A stretch of DNA of 32,000 bases from Variovorax sp. V213 (GCF_041154455.1 NZ_AP028664.1:1915935-1947934), one strand, 5' to 3'. Shown: positions 16,184 to 27,451, counted from the stretch's first letter. Program-made: numbers and translations. Notes: generated from the sequence alone by a model not told the origin.

Positions 16184-16441
16184 TTATGCATTTCCTTGCT
16201 TGTATATGGAGTGGTCGAGTGACTGGCTCACCTGCCACACCTGCCCTACCTGTTTTGCATCCTTCTTACCAGGCGCGCTGTGGAACCTCCCATGTCTCAT
16301 CAATTGCTCTCTGTCTACTGTTAAAGAAAAGGTAGGGCAGGTAGGGCAATCGACCGGAAATCCAACGCTGGCGCGGGTTTGCACTGGCTGACCTACCTCC
16401 GAGACGGTGAGGCATTCGCTGGTTAGGTGAGGCAAAGTCAT
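16184..16441 (-). CDS. questionable 85-aa ORF that exactly fills the primase-to-HTH gap and contains the iteron-like repeats
   Basis: For: an ATGA overlap with the primase stop (16438-16441), and its TAA abuts the next ATG (TAAATG at 16183-16186). Against: markedly lower G+C, repeat-derived peptide stretches (CPTCPTF, QVGQVWQVSQ) and no domain. Confidence 0.4.
   Translation of the reverse strand: MTLPHLTSECLTVSEVGQPVQTRASVGFPVDCPTCPTFSLTVDREQLMRHGRFHSAPGKKDAKQVGQVWQVSQSLDHSIYKQGNA
16224..16434. repeat. cluster of eight 9-mers GGT(A/G)NG(G/C/T)CA in both orientations (iteron-like; candidate replication origin or regulator array)
   Basis: Read directly. Three contiguous minus-orientation units: TGGCTCACC (16224-16232), TGCCACACC (16233-16241), TGCCCTACC (16242-16250). 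Two tandem plus-orientation units: GGTAGGGCA (16331-16339 and 16340-16348). Also TGACCTACC (16389-16397), and GGTGAGGCA at 16406-16414 and 16426-16434 (20-bp spacing). Confidence 0.6.
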
Positions 16442-18867
16442 GCTGTCATCTGCGCGGGTCGAATGAAAAACCAGCAGCGCACGCCGTTCGCCATCTCTCT
16501 GACGCGCTGCCAGCCCATTGAGGTGAGGCAGGCAGCGGCCCGCATCTCGTCGGCCCGTTTGAAGTCACCTACTCGCTTGTCGAGTGCCACGTGCAACACG
16601 TCGCGTGTCGTGGTTCGCGCCAGGGGATTCGGGAAGTGCGGATCGTGCGGTCGCCGACCATCGAGATAGTCTGCAATCGCCGGTACCCATGCGTCATCGT
16701 CCTGATACTTGTGGTGCTCCGCTTCGGCCAAGCGTTCGGCGTCTTCCCACATCACGCCATGCGCGTCAAACAGTGCAGCGCCCTCGGCCCATAGTTGATC
16801 GCGGTCGCGAGCCACTCCGTCCGGATCGCAACGGCCCGCTTCGAAGGGCAGGAATCGACGACTACCCGTCGGGTCGGTGAGGAAGTCGCGTTTGTTGGTG
16901 CTGCCGAAGAAAATGAAACGCCTCGGGTTGCGTGTCTGGTGCTCCACGTATTTCGGCACCCACATATCGACCTGCTTCGTAATGAACGCCTTCAGGTCGC
17001 TCGCGTCACGCTGGCTCATGCCGCGCAGTTCGGGGAGTTCGACAACCAGCTTGCCCGACAGCATGCGCGCCGTGTCGTCGTCGCGGTCGGCAAGGTCGAG
17101 CTCGTAAAAGGTGTCCTCGTGCGGCGCCATCGCGCGGATGGCGCTTGACTTCATCAGGCCCTGTATGCCGACAGCCACGGGCACCATGTCAGCCTTCACA
17201 CCGGGCTGAATCACACGTCCCGCGAGTGCCGACCATATGTAGCGCGACACTGCTTGCGCATAGGGCGTGTCGGCCGTGCCGAAACACTGGCCCAGGAATC
17301 GATCAACCCGCGGCGTGCCGTCCCATGTGGGAAGGCTGCTCAGCCATTTTTGAGCGCTGTCCCGCTCGTTCTCTTGCGCAACAAGCAGTATTGCGTCGCG
17401 CATTTTTTCCTTCGACACTTCGCCGAACGAATGGCTTAGTTGCAGATGCTCTCGCGCCGACGTGTAGTCGTTGTCGGTGAGTTGTCGCAACTGAGCGCCG
17501 TCGTCCAGGTCCACGACTTGCCGAAAAGTGTCGAGTGAGGGGCGAAACCCGCATATATCGGATTGGCGCAGGGCGCTCAGCACATTGGGGAGCGTCGGTT
17601 CGACGACGCCGAGCTTGTTTCGGGGGAAGTCCTGACGCTCTTCGCGGCGCGGCGCCACGAGCTTGCGGCACATCGCGATGGGGAACTTGGTGCCGAGTCC
17701 GCCGAACACCTTGACCAGCAACTGCGCCAGTTCCTCGCGCTCCATCTCGCCGATGCGATCATCGCGGGCGAGCTCGGGGCACATCTTCTCGCGCAGCACG
17801 AAGTCGTCGCTGCAGGCGGTCAGCTTGGCCTTCCACTCGTCGCGCGCACGGTAGCCAGCGCGGGTGCGTTGCTCGTTCGCCTGCTTGATGAGCCAGGCCA
17901 TCGTGATCGACGCGCCTGCGAACTTGCCAAAGGAGCGCCACCGCTCCATGCAGTACGCCTCGGTCGTGTACTTGGGGCTCGCCTTCGACCAGTTGTGCCA
18001 GAGCTCGAATCCCTCGCCCTGCGTCTCCTGATGGACGGCCATGCCGACCTTGACCCACGTGTCGTAGTCGAGGTCCGCCGGCAGCACGTCGAGGTGCCCC
18101 ACGATCTCGCCGTTGCTCAGGCCGAGGGTCGGCGACAGCGCCATGAGACCGAAGCCATCGTCGTCGAACACCTGCGACGGCGCGCGGCTGAGCGAGCCCC
18201 ACCGCGACACGTAGTCCGCGATGACGGCCGGCGTGAGGTCGCACAGCGTGTCCTCGAAGCCGAACAGCGCACACTCGTCGGTGATGTCGCCGGTGACCGT
18301 GACGAAGCCGTTGTGGCCGAAGTATTCAACGGCGAACGAGCCGCGCTCGGCGTCCACGTCCTTCTTCGACTCGACCGAGCCGCGCATGAACGCGCGCAGG
18401 CCGGTGCCGGAGGGGCTGATCTCGGTGTAGGTGCCCGACACGAGCTCCGCGACGCGCGGATCGATGACTCGGTCCACCACGCAGTTGTCGAAGTCCAGCG
18501 CGACCAGGTTGAAGTCGGCGTGCATCGCGAAGCCGACGCCCTGCCAACCCCCGTCGCGCGCCACGCGCACCGCCTCGTCGAAGGTGACCATCGCGGCCCG
18601 ATCCTCCGGCGACCCTTGCGTCCCGCTGCGCGGCAGCCCCGACGCGTAGTACGGCACCTTGCGGGGCTTCTTGTCGCCGTTGGGCACGAACTTCCACACG
18701 AGCCACGCGCGCTTCGATGCGAGCTCGGCAGGCACTGAGGCCGGTAGCGAAGCGCCTCGCCCCGCGATTTCGCTATTGCGATTCAGAATTTGCATTGCTG
18801 ATTTCTGTTTGCGCCGAGCCCCACGCTCGGCGCTTTTCTTTATGCCACTGGGCAAGGCGAAACACAC
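16438..18867 (-). CDS. phage/plasmid primase-helicase: N-terminal PrimPol-like, PriCT-2-like middle, VirE-like C-terminal NTPase domain
   Basis: 809-aa ORF from GTG 18867, with an alternative ATG at 18795 (MQILNRNSE...). N terminus: WLVWKFVPNGDKKPRKVPY, ALDFDNC (~18481-18505), SPSGTGLRAF (~18383-18424). Middle: YDTWVKVGMAVHQETQGEGFELWHNWSKASPKYTTEAYCMERWRSF (PriCT-2-like). C terminus: PTWDGTPRVDRFLGQCFG...VAVGIQGLMKSSAIR (VirE-like with a P-loop-like segment, 17141-17172). Confidence 0.9.
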   Translation of the reverse strand: MCFALPSGIKKSAERGARRKQKSAMQILNRNSEIAGRGASLPASVPAELASKRAWLVWKFVPNGDKKPRKVPYYASGLPRSGTQGSPEDRAAMVTFDEAVRVARDGGWQGVGFAMHADFNLVALDFDNCVVDRVIDPRVAELVSGTYTEISPSGTGLRAFMRGSVESKKDVDAERGSFAVEYFGHNGFVTVTGDITDECALFGFEDTLCDLTPAVIADYVSRWGSLSRAPSQVFDDDGFGLMALSPTLGLSNGEIVGHLDVLPADLDYDTWVKVGMAVHQETQGEGFELWHNWSKASPKYTTEAYCMERWRSFGKFAGASITMAWLIKQANEQRTRAGYRARDEWKAKLTACSDDFVLREKMCPELARDDRIGEMEREELAQLLVKVFGGLGTKFPIAMCRKLVAPRREERQDFPRNKLGVVEPTLPNVLSALRQSDICGFRPSLDTFRQVVDLDDGAQLRQLTDNDYTSAREHLQLSHSFGEVSKEKMRDAILLVAQENERDSAQKWLSSLPTWDGTPRVDRFLGQCFGTADTPYAQAVSRYIWSALAGRVIQPGVKADMVPVAVGIQGLMKSSAIRAMAPHEDTFYELDLADRDDDTARMLSGKLVVELPELRGMSQRDASDLKAFITKQVDMWVPKYVEHQTRNPRRFIFFGSTNKRDFLTDPTGSRRFLPFEAGRCDPDGVARDRDQLWAEGAALFDAHGVMWEDAERLAEAEHHKYQDDDAWVPAIADYLDGRRPHDPHFPNPLARTTTRDVLHVALDKRVGDFKRADEMRAAACLTSMGWQRVREMANGVRCWFFIRPAQMTA
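18811..18843 (+). terminator. strong GC hairpin with T-tract on the plus strand, between the 18874 gene and the primase ATG
   Basis: GCGCCGAGC (18811-18819), loop cccac, GCTCGGCGC (18825-18833), then TTTTCTTTAT (18834-18843). On the gene-sense minus strand the hairpin lacks a U-tract. Confidence 0.4.
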
Positions 18868-18873
18868 TGCGGC

Positions 18874-19143
18874 TCAATTTCGCGCTTTGCGTTTGACAAT
18901 CGCCAGGGCGACTGTGTATGCCTCGCGATGCCACCATCCGGGCTCTTGCCCGCGTTCCGCGGCCTCGATCCACTGCAGGTAGCACCAGGCGGCGCAGACT
19001 GGTCGGGGGAGGCCAGTGAGACGCGAGAGGAAGGCGGCCCGCTGCAGGTCCCGGTCGGCATGCCCTCCGTGGGCCTTGAATTGCGGATCGACGAGTGCGA
19101 GAGCACTGCCCTCCGACTCGCTGACCGTGGGGAGGCCCGACAT
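18874..19143 (-). CDS. hypothetical protein (89 aa; 105 aa if the GTG at 19191 is used)
   Basis: ORF 18874..19191 in the track. The ATG at 19143 lies 8 nt after the AlpA-like stop. No SD and no recognisable domain. Confidence 0.5.
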   Translation of the reverse strand: MSGLPTVSESEGSALALVDPQFKAHGGHADRDLQRAAFLSRLTGLPRPVCAAWCYLQWIEAAERGQEPGWWHREAYTVALAIVKRKARN

Positions 19144-19151
19144 GCGAGGAA

Positions 19152-19409
19152 TCACGCCGAGGCGGCGGTCTCGGCCTTCGACCGAAGCCACTGCGTCACA
19201 TCGCCTGCGCGCCAGCGGGTGCAGCGGATGCCGTCTTTCAGGGGCTTCGGAAACTTGCCGGCTGCCACCTTCCGGCGGATGGAAGACTCCGAAAGCCCCG
19301 TAACTCCGATCACGGTCTGGACCTTCAGCAGCGCGTCCGCGATGTGGACCGCGTCGAGAGATTGCAGCGGTTGGCTAGCTTGGCGGTATTGGGCAGTTTG
19401 TGACGGCAT
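19152..19409 (-). CDS. AlpA-family phage transcriptional regulator / excision factor
   Basis: ORF 19152..19457 in the track, with the ATG at 19409 preferred. LLKVQTVIGVTGLSESSIRRKVAAGKFPKPLKDGIRCTRWRAGDVTQWL matches the AlpA pattern (HTH, F-P-x-P-hydrophobic-K, W..(S/G)(E/D)(V/I)..W(L/I)). Confidence 0.8.
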   Translation of the reverse strand: MPSQTAQYRQASQPLQSLDAVHIADALLKVQTVIGVTGLSESSIRRKVAAGKFPKPLKDGIRCTRWRAGDVTQWLRSKAETAASA

Positions 19410-19495
19410 ATGGCACCTTTTGAATGGATGCCTCACAAGATGCCCATGGCGGCTCAAATCCCCCTGCGGTCAAATTTCGTAGTTATGTTTCATAA

Positions 19496-20710
19496 CTACT
19501 CTGTCGCGCGCAACTTGTCGAGATAGTTCGCCCACGTCACCATCATCTTCCGGCGCTGGTCTTTGAACTGCGCGCGGTTGTATGCCGTGCCGAGCGGCCC
19601 GCGCTTGCCGTGGGCAAGTTGCTCTTCAATCACTTCCGGGTCGATATGGAGCTCGTCGACCATGATCGTGCGCGCCATCGCGCGGAAGCCATGGGCGGTC
19701 ATCTCCGTATTGTCGAAGCCCATGCGCCGGAGTGCCGTGTTGATCGTGTTGTCGCTCATGGGGCGCTCGCCGGAAAGCAGGCTGGGAAAAACGTAGCGGC
19801 CGTGCCCCGTGAGCACGTGCATGCGCTTCAGGGACGCCACGGCCTGCGGTGCCAGCGGCACCAGGTGGGGCTCGCCGCTGATCTTTGCCTGCTTGGTCCG
19901 CTTCATGGACGCGGCCGGTATCGTGACGAGCGCGCCGTTGAGGTCGACCCACGACCATTCCATCGCCCGGATGTTGCCGGGGCGCTGGAAAAGCAGTGCA
20001 CTCAGTAATAGCGCCTCCTGCGTGGCGGGCAAGCCGTGGTAACTGTCGATTGCTCGCATGAGCGCGCCGGCTTTCTCCGCCGTCAGCACCGCCGCCATGT
20101 TCTTGACGATGACGGCGCCGAGCGCGTCGCGCAGCTTCGTTGCTGGGTCGTCGTCGCATCTGTCGGTTGCGATGCCATAGCGGAAAACCTGCCCCGCGTA
20201 CTGGCGTAGCGACACGGCCGTCTCGTTGAGGCCCTTGCTCTCCACGCGACGCAGCGGCTCCAGCAGCACACGAGCGGTAATCTCGCGCAGCGGTAAGCTG
20301 CCGATCCAGGGGAACAAATTGCTTTCCTGCAGGCGAAGCCACTTTGTGCTGTACGCCGCGCTCCATTCCTTCCGTTTGATCGCGTGAAATTCGCGAGCGA
20401 CTAGCTCGTATGTGGTGATGGCACTTGTGCGGACGAGCGCCTTATCGAGCCGGCGGCGCTGGGTTGGGTCGGCGCCTGACTGGTGGACCTTCCGCGCGTC
20501 GTCCCGCGCGGCGCGCGCATCCTTGAGCTTGACGGCGGGGTACACACCGATCGCGAGACGTTTTTCTTTGCCGGCGAACGAGTACTTCCAGAACCAGCGC
20601 TTCGAGCCGTTCAGAGCCACTTCGAGGTAAAGATTGCCGCCGTCGGTGAAGCGTGCGCGCGCCTTGTCAGGAGGGCAAGATGCGTTCTTGCAGGCGACTT
20701 CTGTGAGCAT
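19496..20710 (-). CDS. int: tyrosine recombinase, P4-type integrase (N-terminal arm-binding DUF4102-like plus catalytic domain)
   Basis: 404 aa. N terminus: LYLEVALNGSKRWFWKYSFAGKEKRLAIGVYPAVKLKDAR. Catalytic residues: ...FQRPGNIRAMEW (Arg), HGFRAMARTI (H-x-x-R), LAHGKRGPLGTAYNRA (His...Tyr). Lies directly next to the tRNA. Confidence 0.93.
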   Translation of the reverse strand: MLTEVACKNASCPPDKARARFTDGGNLYLEVALNGSKRWFWKYSFAGKEKRLAIGVYPAVKLKDARAARDDARKVHQSGADPTQRRRLDKALVRTSAITTYELVAREFHAIKRKEWSAAYSTKWLRLQESNLFPWIGSLPLREITARVLLEPLRRVESKGLNETAVSLRQYAGQVFRYGIATDRCDDDPATKLRDALGAVIVKNMAAVLTAEKAGALMRAIDSYHGLPATQEALLLSALLFQRPGNIRAMEWSWVDLNGALVTIPAASMKRTKQAKISGEPHLVPLAPQAVASLKRMHVLTGHGRYVFPSLLSGERPMSDNTINTALRRMGFDNTEMTAHGFRAMARTIMVDELHIDPEVIEEQLAHGKRGPLGTAYNRAQFKDQRRKMMVTWANYLDKLRATE

Positions 20711-20881
20711 AGGGGAACAAGCCCATGAAATGGGGGCAAAAGTGCCCCTGTTCCCCGAGTTGTACCCCGAGAAGCGCTGCGCTGCAATGCTCGGTTATGG
20801 AGCCTTATGGCGGATCAACTTGGCTAAGTCGTTGATCTAATTCAGTTTTTGAAGCCATATGGCGGAACATGGCGGACTGAA
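20711..20881. promoter_or_regulatory. int upstream / att arm region with nested inverted repeats and three ATGGCGGA direct repeats
   Basis: GGGGAACA (20712-20719) and TGTTCCCC (20749-20756) flank the hairpin GGGGCA-aaag-TGCCCC (20733-20748). ttATGGCGGA (20805-20814), atATGGCGGA (20857-20866) and acATGGCGGA (20867-20876) lie next to the core repeat. An imperfect inverted copy, ttcgccat, is at 7493-7500. Confidence 0.45.
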
Positions 20882-20899
20882 TGGAGCGGGTGAAGGGAA
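20882..20899. repeat. proximal att direct repeat (within the tRNA-Gly 3' end)
   Basis: Exact 18/18 match to 7382-7399. It corresponds to the 3' T-stem strand, the 3' acceptor strand and CCA. Confidence 0.8.
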
Positions 20900-20955
20900 T
20901 CGAACCCTCGTATGAAGCTTGGGAAGCTGCCGTTCTACCATTGAACTACACCCGC
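20882..20955 (-). tRNA. tRNA-Gly (anticodon CCC), CCA encoded
   Basis: Reverse complement: GCGGGTG TA GTTC AATGGTA GAAC G GCAGC TTCCCAA GCTTC ATAC GAGGG TTCGATT CCCTT CACCCGC T CCA. This is a cloverleaf, nearly identical in layout to E. coli tRNA-Gly(CCC). There is one C28:U42 mismatch in the anticodon stem. Confidence 0.9.
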
Positions 20956-21133
20956 ATTTCAACCCGCTGATTCGCAACGGGCTATCGATCCAAGCGGCGG
21001 ATTTTACGTCGAGAAATCCGGGCGATTGCCGCCGCGGAAATTACTTTCGAAAACGCGGCAACGCGCCCTCGGGCACCCTTTTCACGAGGACCGCCGGGCG
21101 CGCGTGGTATCCAGCTCGCTGTGGGTAGACCTT

Positions 21134-21955
21134 TCAGCGTAGGAACACATGCTCCATGAACTGCCTGATGGGGTACTGGATCACGCTCTCTACCCTGGGG
21201 GGCAGTTCCAGCGGCCGCATCAGCATCTTGAGGGTGGCCCCCGGGCTGATGTTGGTGCGCACCGTGCCATTGATGCGTGCGCCCAGTTGCCGGATGTAGG
21301 CTGCATCGCCGGCCCGCTCGGGTGATCGAGCGCGGACCACGTGGCGGACGGCGCAGTCGGCATCCTCGCTCTTGAGTTCCAGCGTGCGCCGGCCGATGAT
21401 GCCCAGCACGCGGACCCGGCCCAATTTTTCCTCTTGTCGGTAGCGCCGGAAAAAGCGGTAGAAGTGCTTGTAATGGCTGACCTCATCGGCCGCAATGCGG
21501 CTCGCCAGATCGCGCAGCACCGGCTCGGTGGTGGCGCGCGCCAGGGCCCGGTAGTAGCTGGCGGTGCCGGTCTCGACCACGCAGCGCGCGGCCAGTTCGA
21601 GTCCGCGCGTCGGGGAGAGGAGTTCCACCTTGCAGTAGGTGGCGTATTCCCCCAGAAAGCCGCGGTAGGCGGTTTCCCAGTCGAATTCGGGCCAGACATG
21701 GGATACATAGGCGCGCAGCGCCCGGCCGTGCTGCAGTTCCTCGGCTTCCCAGTGGTGGGTGAGCCAGGCCGTGACTTCGTTGTCGCCGCGGAAAAAGTCG
21801 ACCAGATTCTGGGTGTAGAGGTCCGAACCGCTTTCGATGAACGAGGCGGAGGCAACGAGGTAGAAAAGGTTTTCGTCCTGGCGGACTTCTGCTCGCGCAA
21901 TGCGCGAAAAGTCCAGATCCTCGATCTTCCAGGGTGCTGCCTCTTGACCTGCCAT
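21134..21955 (-). CDS. ferritin-like di-iron carboxylate protein (AurF / desaturase-like oxygenase family)
   Basis: ORF 21134..21973 in the track. The ATG at 21955 is preferred because AAGGAG lies 5 nt upstream. Two E-x-x-H motifs (WEAEELQHG and [11 protein letters not shown]) plus upstream Glu-containing helices ([19 protein letters not shown]). Confidence 0.75.
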   Translation of the reverse strand: MAGQEAAPWKIEDLDFSRIARAEVRQDENLFYLVASASFIESGSDLYTQNLVDFFRGDNEVTAWLTHHWEAEELQHGRALRAYVSHVWPEFDWETAYRGFLGEYATYCKVELLSPTRGLELAARCVVETGTASYYRALARATTEPVLRDLASRIAADEVSHYKHFYRFFRRYRQEEKLGRVRVLGIIGRRTLELKSEDADCAVRHVVRARSPERAGDAAYIRQLGARINGTVRTNISPGATLKMLMRPLELPPRVESVIQYPIRQFMEHVFLR

Positions 21956-22209
21956 GCATGCTCCTTGATTCACCTTTGAAACGAATAGGACGAGGCCCGG
22001 CGCATTTGGTTCTGCGCGCTAACGTTCATATTAGTTTCAGGGTTCCGGGGGCCGGGCAGTGCCGCTCCCGGCTGCGGGGGCGCGGTCCGGTAGCCAAACC
22101 TATAATCGATTGTTCAAGCAAATCAAGCAGTCAGGTCGGTTCGACGCCGTGGTTTCGACGAGAGGGTCGCCATCGCCAGGCCGCCCTCGACAGCAGACGA
22201 AATCCAAAG

Positions 22210-24833
<2,624 letters not shown>

Positions 24834-24834
<1 letters not shown>

Positions 24835-25937
24835 TGGCCTCTACCGAGGTGCTCGGCCACCCTCCCGGCGAAGTGCTGGTGATGGGGGCGGGCACCATCG
24901 GTTGCTTCATCGGCGGCAGCCTGGCGGCGGCGGGTGTTCCCGTCACCTTCGTCGGCCGGCCACGCGTGCTGCGGGGCCTTGCGGAACATGGCCTCACGCT
25001 GAGCGACCTCGAAGGCGGTACGCATCGCCTGCCGGCCGCCGGCCTTCGGTTGAGCGAGCAGGTGCCCGCAGGGGCCACGCCGGCATTGGTGCTCCTGTGC
25101 GTGAAGAGCGGCGCCACGGCCGAGGCGGCCGCCGAGCTTGCCTTTGCATTGCCCGCGGGCACCACGGTTGTCTCGTTCCAGAACGGCATTTCCAACTGTG
25201 CCGCGGCCTCGCAGGCGGGGCCCACGCTCGGCGTGCTGCCTGGCATGGTGCCGTACAACGTGGCCGAGATCGGCCCGGGTGCCTTTCACCGTGGCACGGC
25301 CGGACGGCTGGCCGCCAAGGACGACACCGCACTGCGGCCGTGGCAGCCGGTCTTCGAGCGTGCGGGCGTGCCGCTCGACCTGTACGCCGACCTGCTGCCG
25401 GTGCAATGGGGCAAGCTGCTGCTCAACCTCAACAACCCCGTCAATGCGCTCTCCGGGCTGCCGCTGCGCGAAGAACTGCTGCAGCGTGGCTACCGGCGCT
25501 GCTTTGCCGCGCTGATCGACGAGGCGCTGGGCGTGCTCGGCCGGGCCGGCATTGCGCCGGCACAGGTGGCCGCGGTGCCGGCGCAGCGGCTGTCCGCGGT
25601 GTTGCGGCTGCCCGACTGGCTGTTTCGCATCGTCGCGGCGCGCATGCTGTGCATCGATGCCAAGGCCCGCTCCAGCATGGCGGACGACCTGGCGCTCGGA
25701 CGGCGCACCGAAATCGATGCGCTCAGCGGCGAAGTCGTGCGGCTTGCGCAAGACCATGACCTGGACGCGCCCCGCAACGCAAGAATGTTCGCGCTGCTCG
25801 AAGACTGGCCGCGCCAGCCCAGGCGCCTGGACGGCACGGCAATTGCAAGACGCACTCGGCCTGTAGCGCGGAACCTTGTACCCTCGGGGCCGGTGTCGCG
25901 TGCGGCTTTCAAGGGGTTGTTCTCATGCAGGTTCTGA
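24834..25937 (+). CDS. 2-dehydropantoate 2-reductase family protein (PanE/ApbA-like)
   Basis: N-terminal [21 protein letters not shown] (Rossmann fold). Also [19 protein letters not shown] and [26 protein letters not shown], which are typical of ketopantoate reductases. The start overlaps the alaS stop (TGATG). Confidence 0.8.
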
Positions 25938-27184
25938 TCCTCGGCAGCGGTGTCATCGGCACCTCGGTGGCCTACTACCTGGCGCGTGCGGGCCACGACG
26001 TGACGGTGCTCGAGCGCCAGCCGGCGCCCGCGCTCGAAACGAGCTTCGGCAATGCGGGCGAGGTGTCGCCCGGCTACTCCGCGCCTTGGGCCGGGCCTGG
26101 CGTGCCGCTCAAGGCCATCAAGTGGATGCTCATGCAGCACAGCCCGTTGGTGATCAAGCCCATGCTCGATCCGGCCATGTGGCGCTGGGGCCTGTCGATG
26201 CTGTGCAATTGCACGCAGGCGCGCTACGAGCTCAACAAGGGCCGCATGGTCCGGCTCGCCGAATACAGCCGCGATTGCCTGAAGACGCTGCGTGCCGACA
26301 CCGGCATCCGGTATGACGAACGCGCGCTGGGCACGCTGCAGCTCTTCCGAACCCAGAAGCAGCTCGACGGCATTGCCAAGGACGTGGAAGTGCTCAAGGC
26401 CTCCGGCGTGCCCTACCAGGTGCTCGACCGCGAGGGCTGCGTGCAATACGAACCGGCGCTCGCGGCAGTGAAGGGCAAGTTCGTCGGCGGGCTGCGCCTG
26501 CCGGGCGACGAGACCGGCGACTGCTTCAAGTTCACGCAGGCGCTGGCCACGCTGGCCGAGGCGGCCGGCGCCAAGTTCCGCTTCGGCGTGGGCATCCAGG
26601 CCATCGAGCACGGCGCCGCCGGCGTCACCGCCGTGAGAACCGACGCCGGCAGCTTCACCGCAGAACGCTACGTGGTGGCACTGGGCAGCTACTCGCCGGC
26701 CATGGTCAAGCCGCTGGGCATCGACCTGCCGGTGTACCCGGTCAAGGGCTTCTCGATCACGGTGCCCATTTCCGATGCCAGCGGCGCGCCCGAATCCACG
26801 GTGATGGACGAGACCTTCAAGGTGGCCGTCACCCGGCTCGGCGACCGCATCCGCGTTGGCGGCACCGCGCAGCTCTCGGGCTTCGACCTGGCGCTCGATG
26901 CCGGGCGGCGCGACACGCTCGAGCATGTCGTGACCGATCTCTTTCCGAGGGGCGGTGATGTGCGCGAGGCTTCCTTCTGGACCGGCCTGCGCCCCATGAC
27001 TCCGGACGGCACGCCGGTGATCGGCGCCACGCGCATTCCCAACCTGATGCTGAGCACCGGCCACGGCACGCTCGGCTGGACCATGGCGGCGGGCACGGGC
27101 CGCGTGATGGCCGATCTGATCGACGGCAGGCAGCCCGCGATCGACATGGAAGGCCTGACGGTGGCGCGCTACGGCGGGAGCTGA
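25925..27184 (+). CDS. dadA: D-amino acid dehydrogenase small subunit
   Basis: Collinear with E. coli DadA along its length: [109 protein letters not shown]. Confidence 0.95.
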   Translation: MQVLILGSGVIGTSVAYYLARAGHDVTVLERQPAPALETSFGNAGEVSPGYSAPWAGPGVPLKAIKWMLMQHSPLVIKPMLDPAMWRWGLSMLCNCTQARYELNKGRMVRLAEYSRDCLKTLRADTGIRYDERALGTLQLFRTQKQLDGIAKDVEVLKASGVPYQVLDREGCVQYEPALAAVKGKFVGGLRLPGDETGDCFKFTQALATLAEAAGAKFRFGVGIQAIEHGAAGVTAVRTDAGSFTAERYVVALGSYSPAMVKPLGIDLPVYPVKGFSITVPISDASGAPESTVMDETFKVAVTRLGDRIRVGGTAQLSGFDLALDAGRRDTLEHVVTDLFPRGGDVREASFWTGLRPMTPDGTPVIGATRIPNLMLSTGHGTLGWTMAAGTGRVMADLIDGRQPAIDMEGLTVARYGGS

Positions 27185-27451
27185 TCAAGCGGCGCTGCGC
27201 GACATCTTCCGGGCTGCCGCGCAATCAGTGTGGCTCCATGGTCACACCGGATTCGCCGGATGCTCCTGCCCCGCATGCTGCGCGCGGCATGAAGAAAGAA
27301 CCATCTTCGTAGCGCATTGCGCGCATGCAATCGATGACTCCATTCGTCGTATGGCGCGCGAACATTTTGAGAGGGAAAAGTTCCGTGCTTCGTTGACGCT
27401 GTCATCTGTGCTCAGCTAAAAATGTGCGCACTTCCAAGGAGGGAGACGCAC

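Larger units (their letters stand above)
7382..20899. mobile_element. tRNA-Gly(CCC)-integrated ~13.5-kb integrative element (P4-like / phage-satellite-like or cryptic prophage derivative)
   Basis: 18-bp direct repeats at both ends, one inside the tRNA 3' end. The tyrosine integrase gene lies directly next to the tRNA, followed by an AlpA-like gene, a primase and a tape-measure gene. The ends and the plus-strand inserts have patchy lower G+C than the flanks (by eye). Confidence 0.8.

Noticed and set aside
17563-18738. 391-aa plus-strand ORF inside the primase gene
   Set aside because: It is the antisense shadow of the primase. The minus strand carries the PrimPol, PriCT-2 and VirE-like motifs.
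19156-19168. gccgaggcggcgg, superficially like the start of the P2/P4 cos sequence (GGCGAGGCGGGG...)
   Set aside because: Only a short GC-rich partial match, inside the AlpA-like coding region, and it does not extend. This is not evidence for a cos site.
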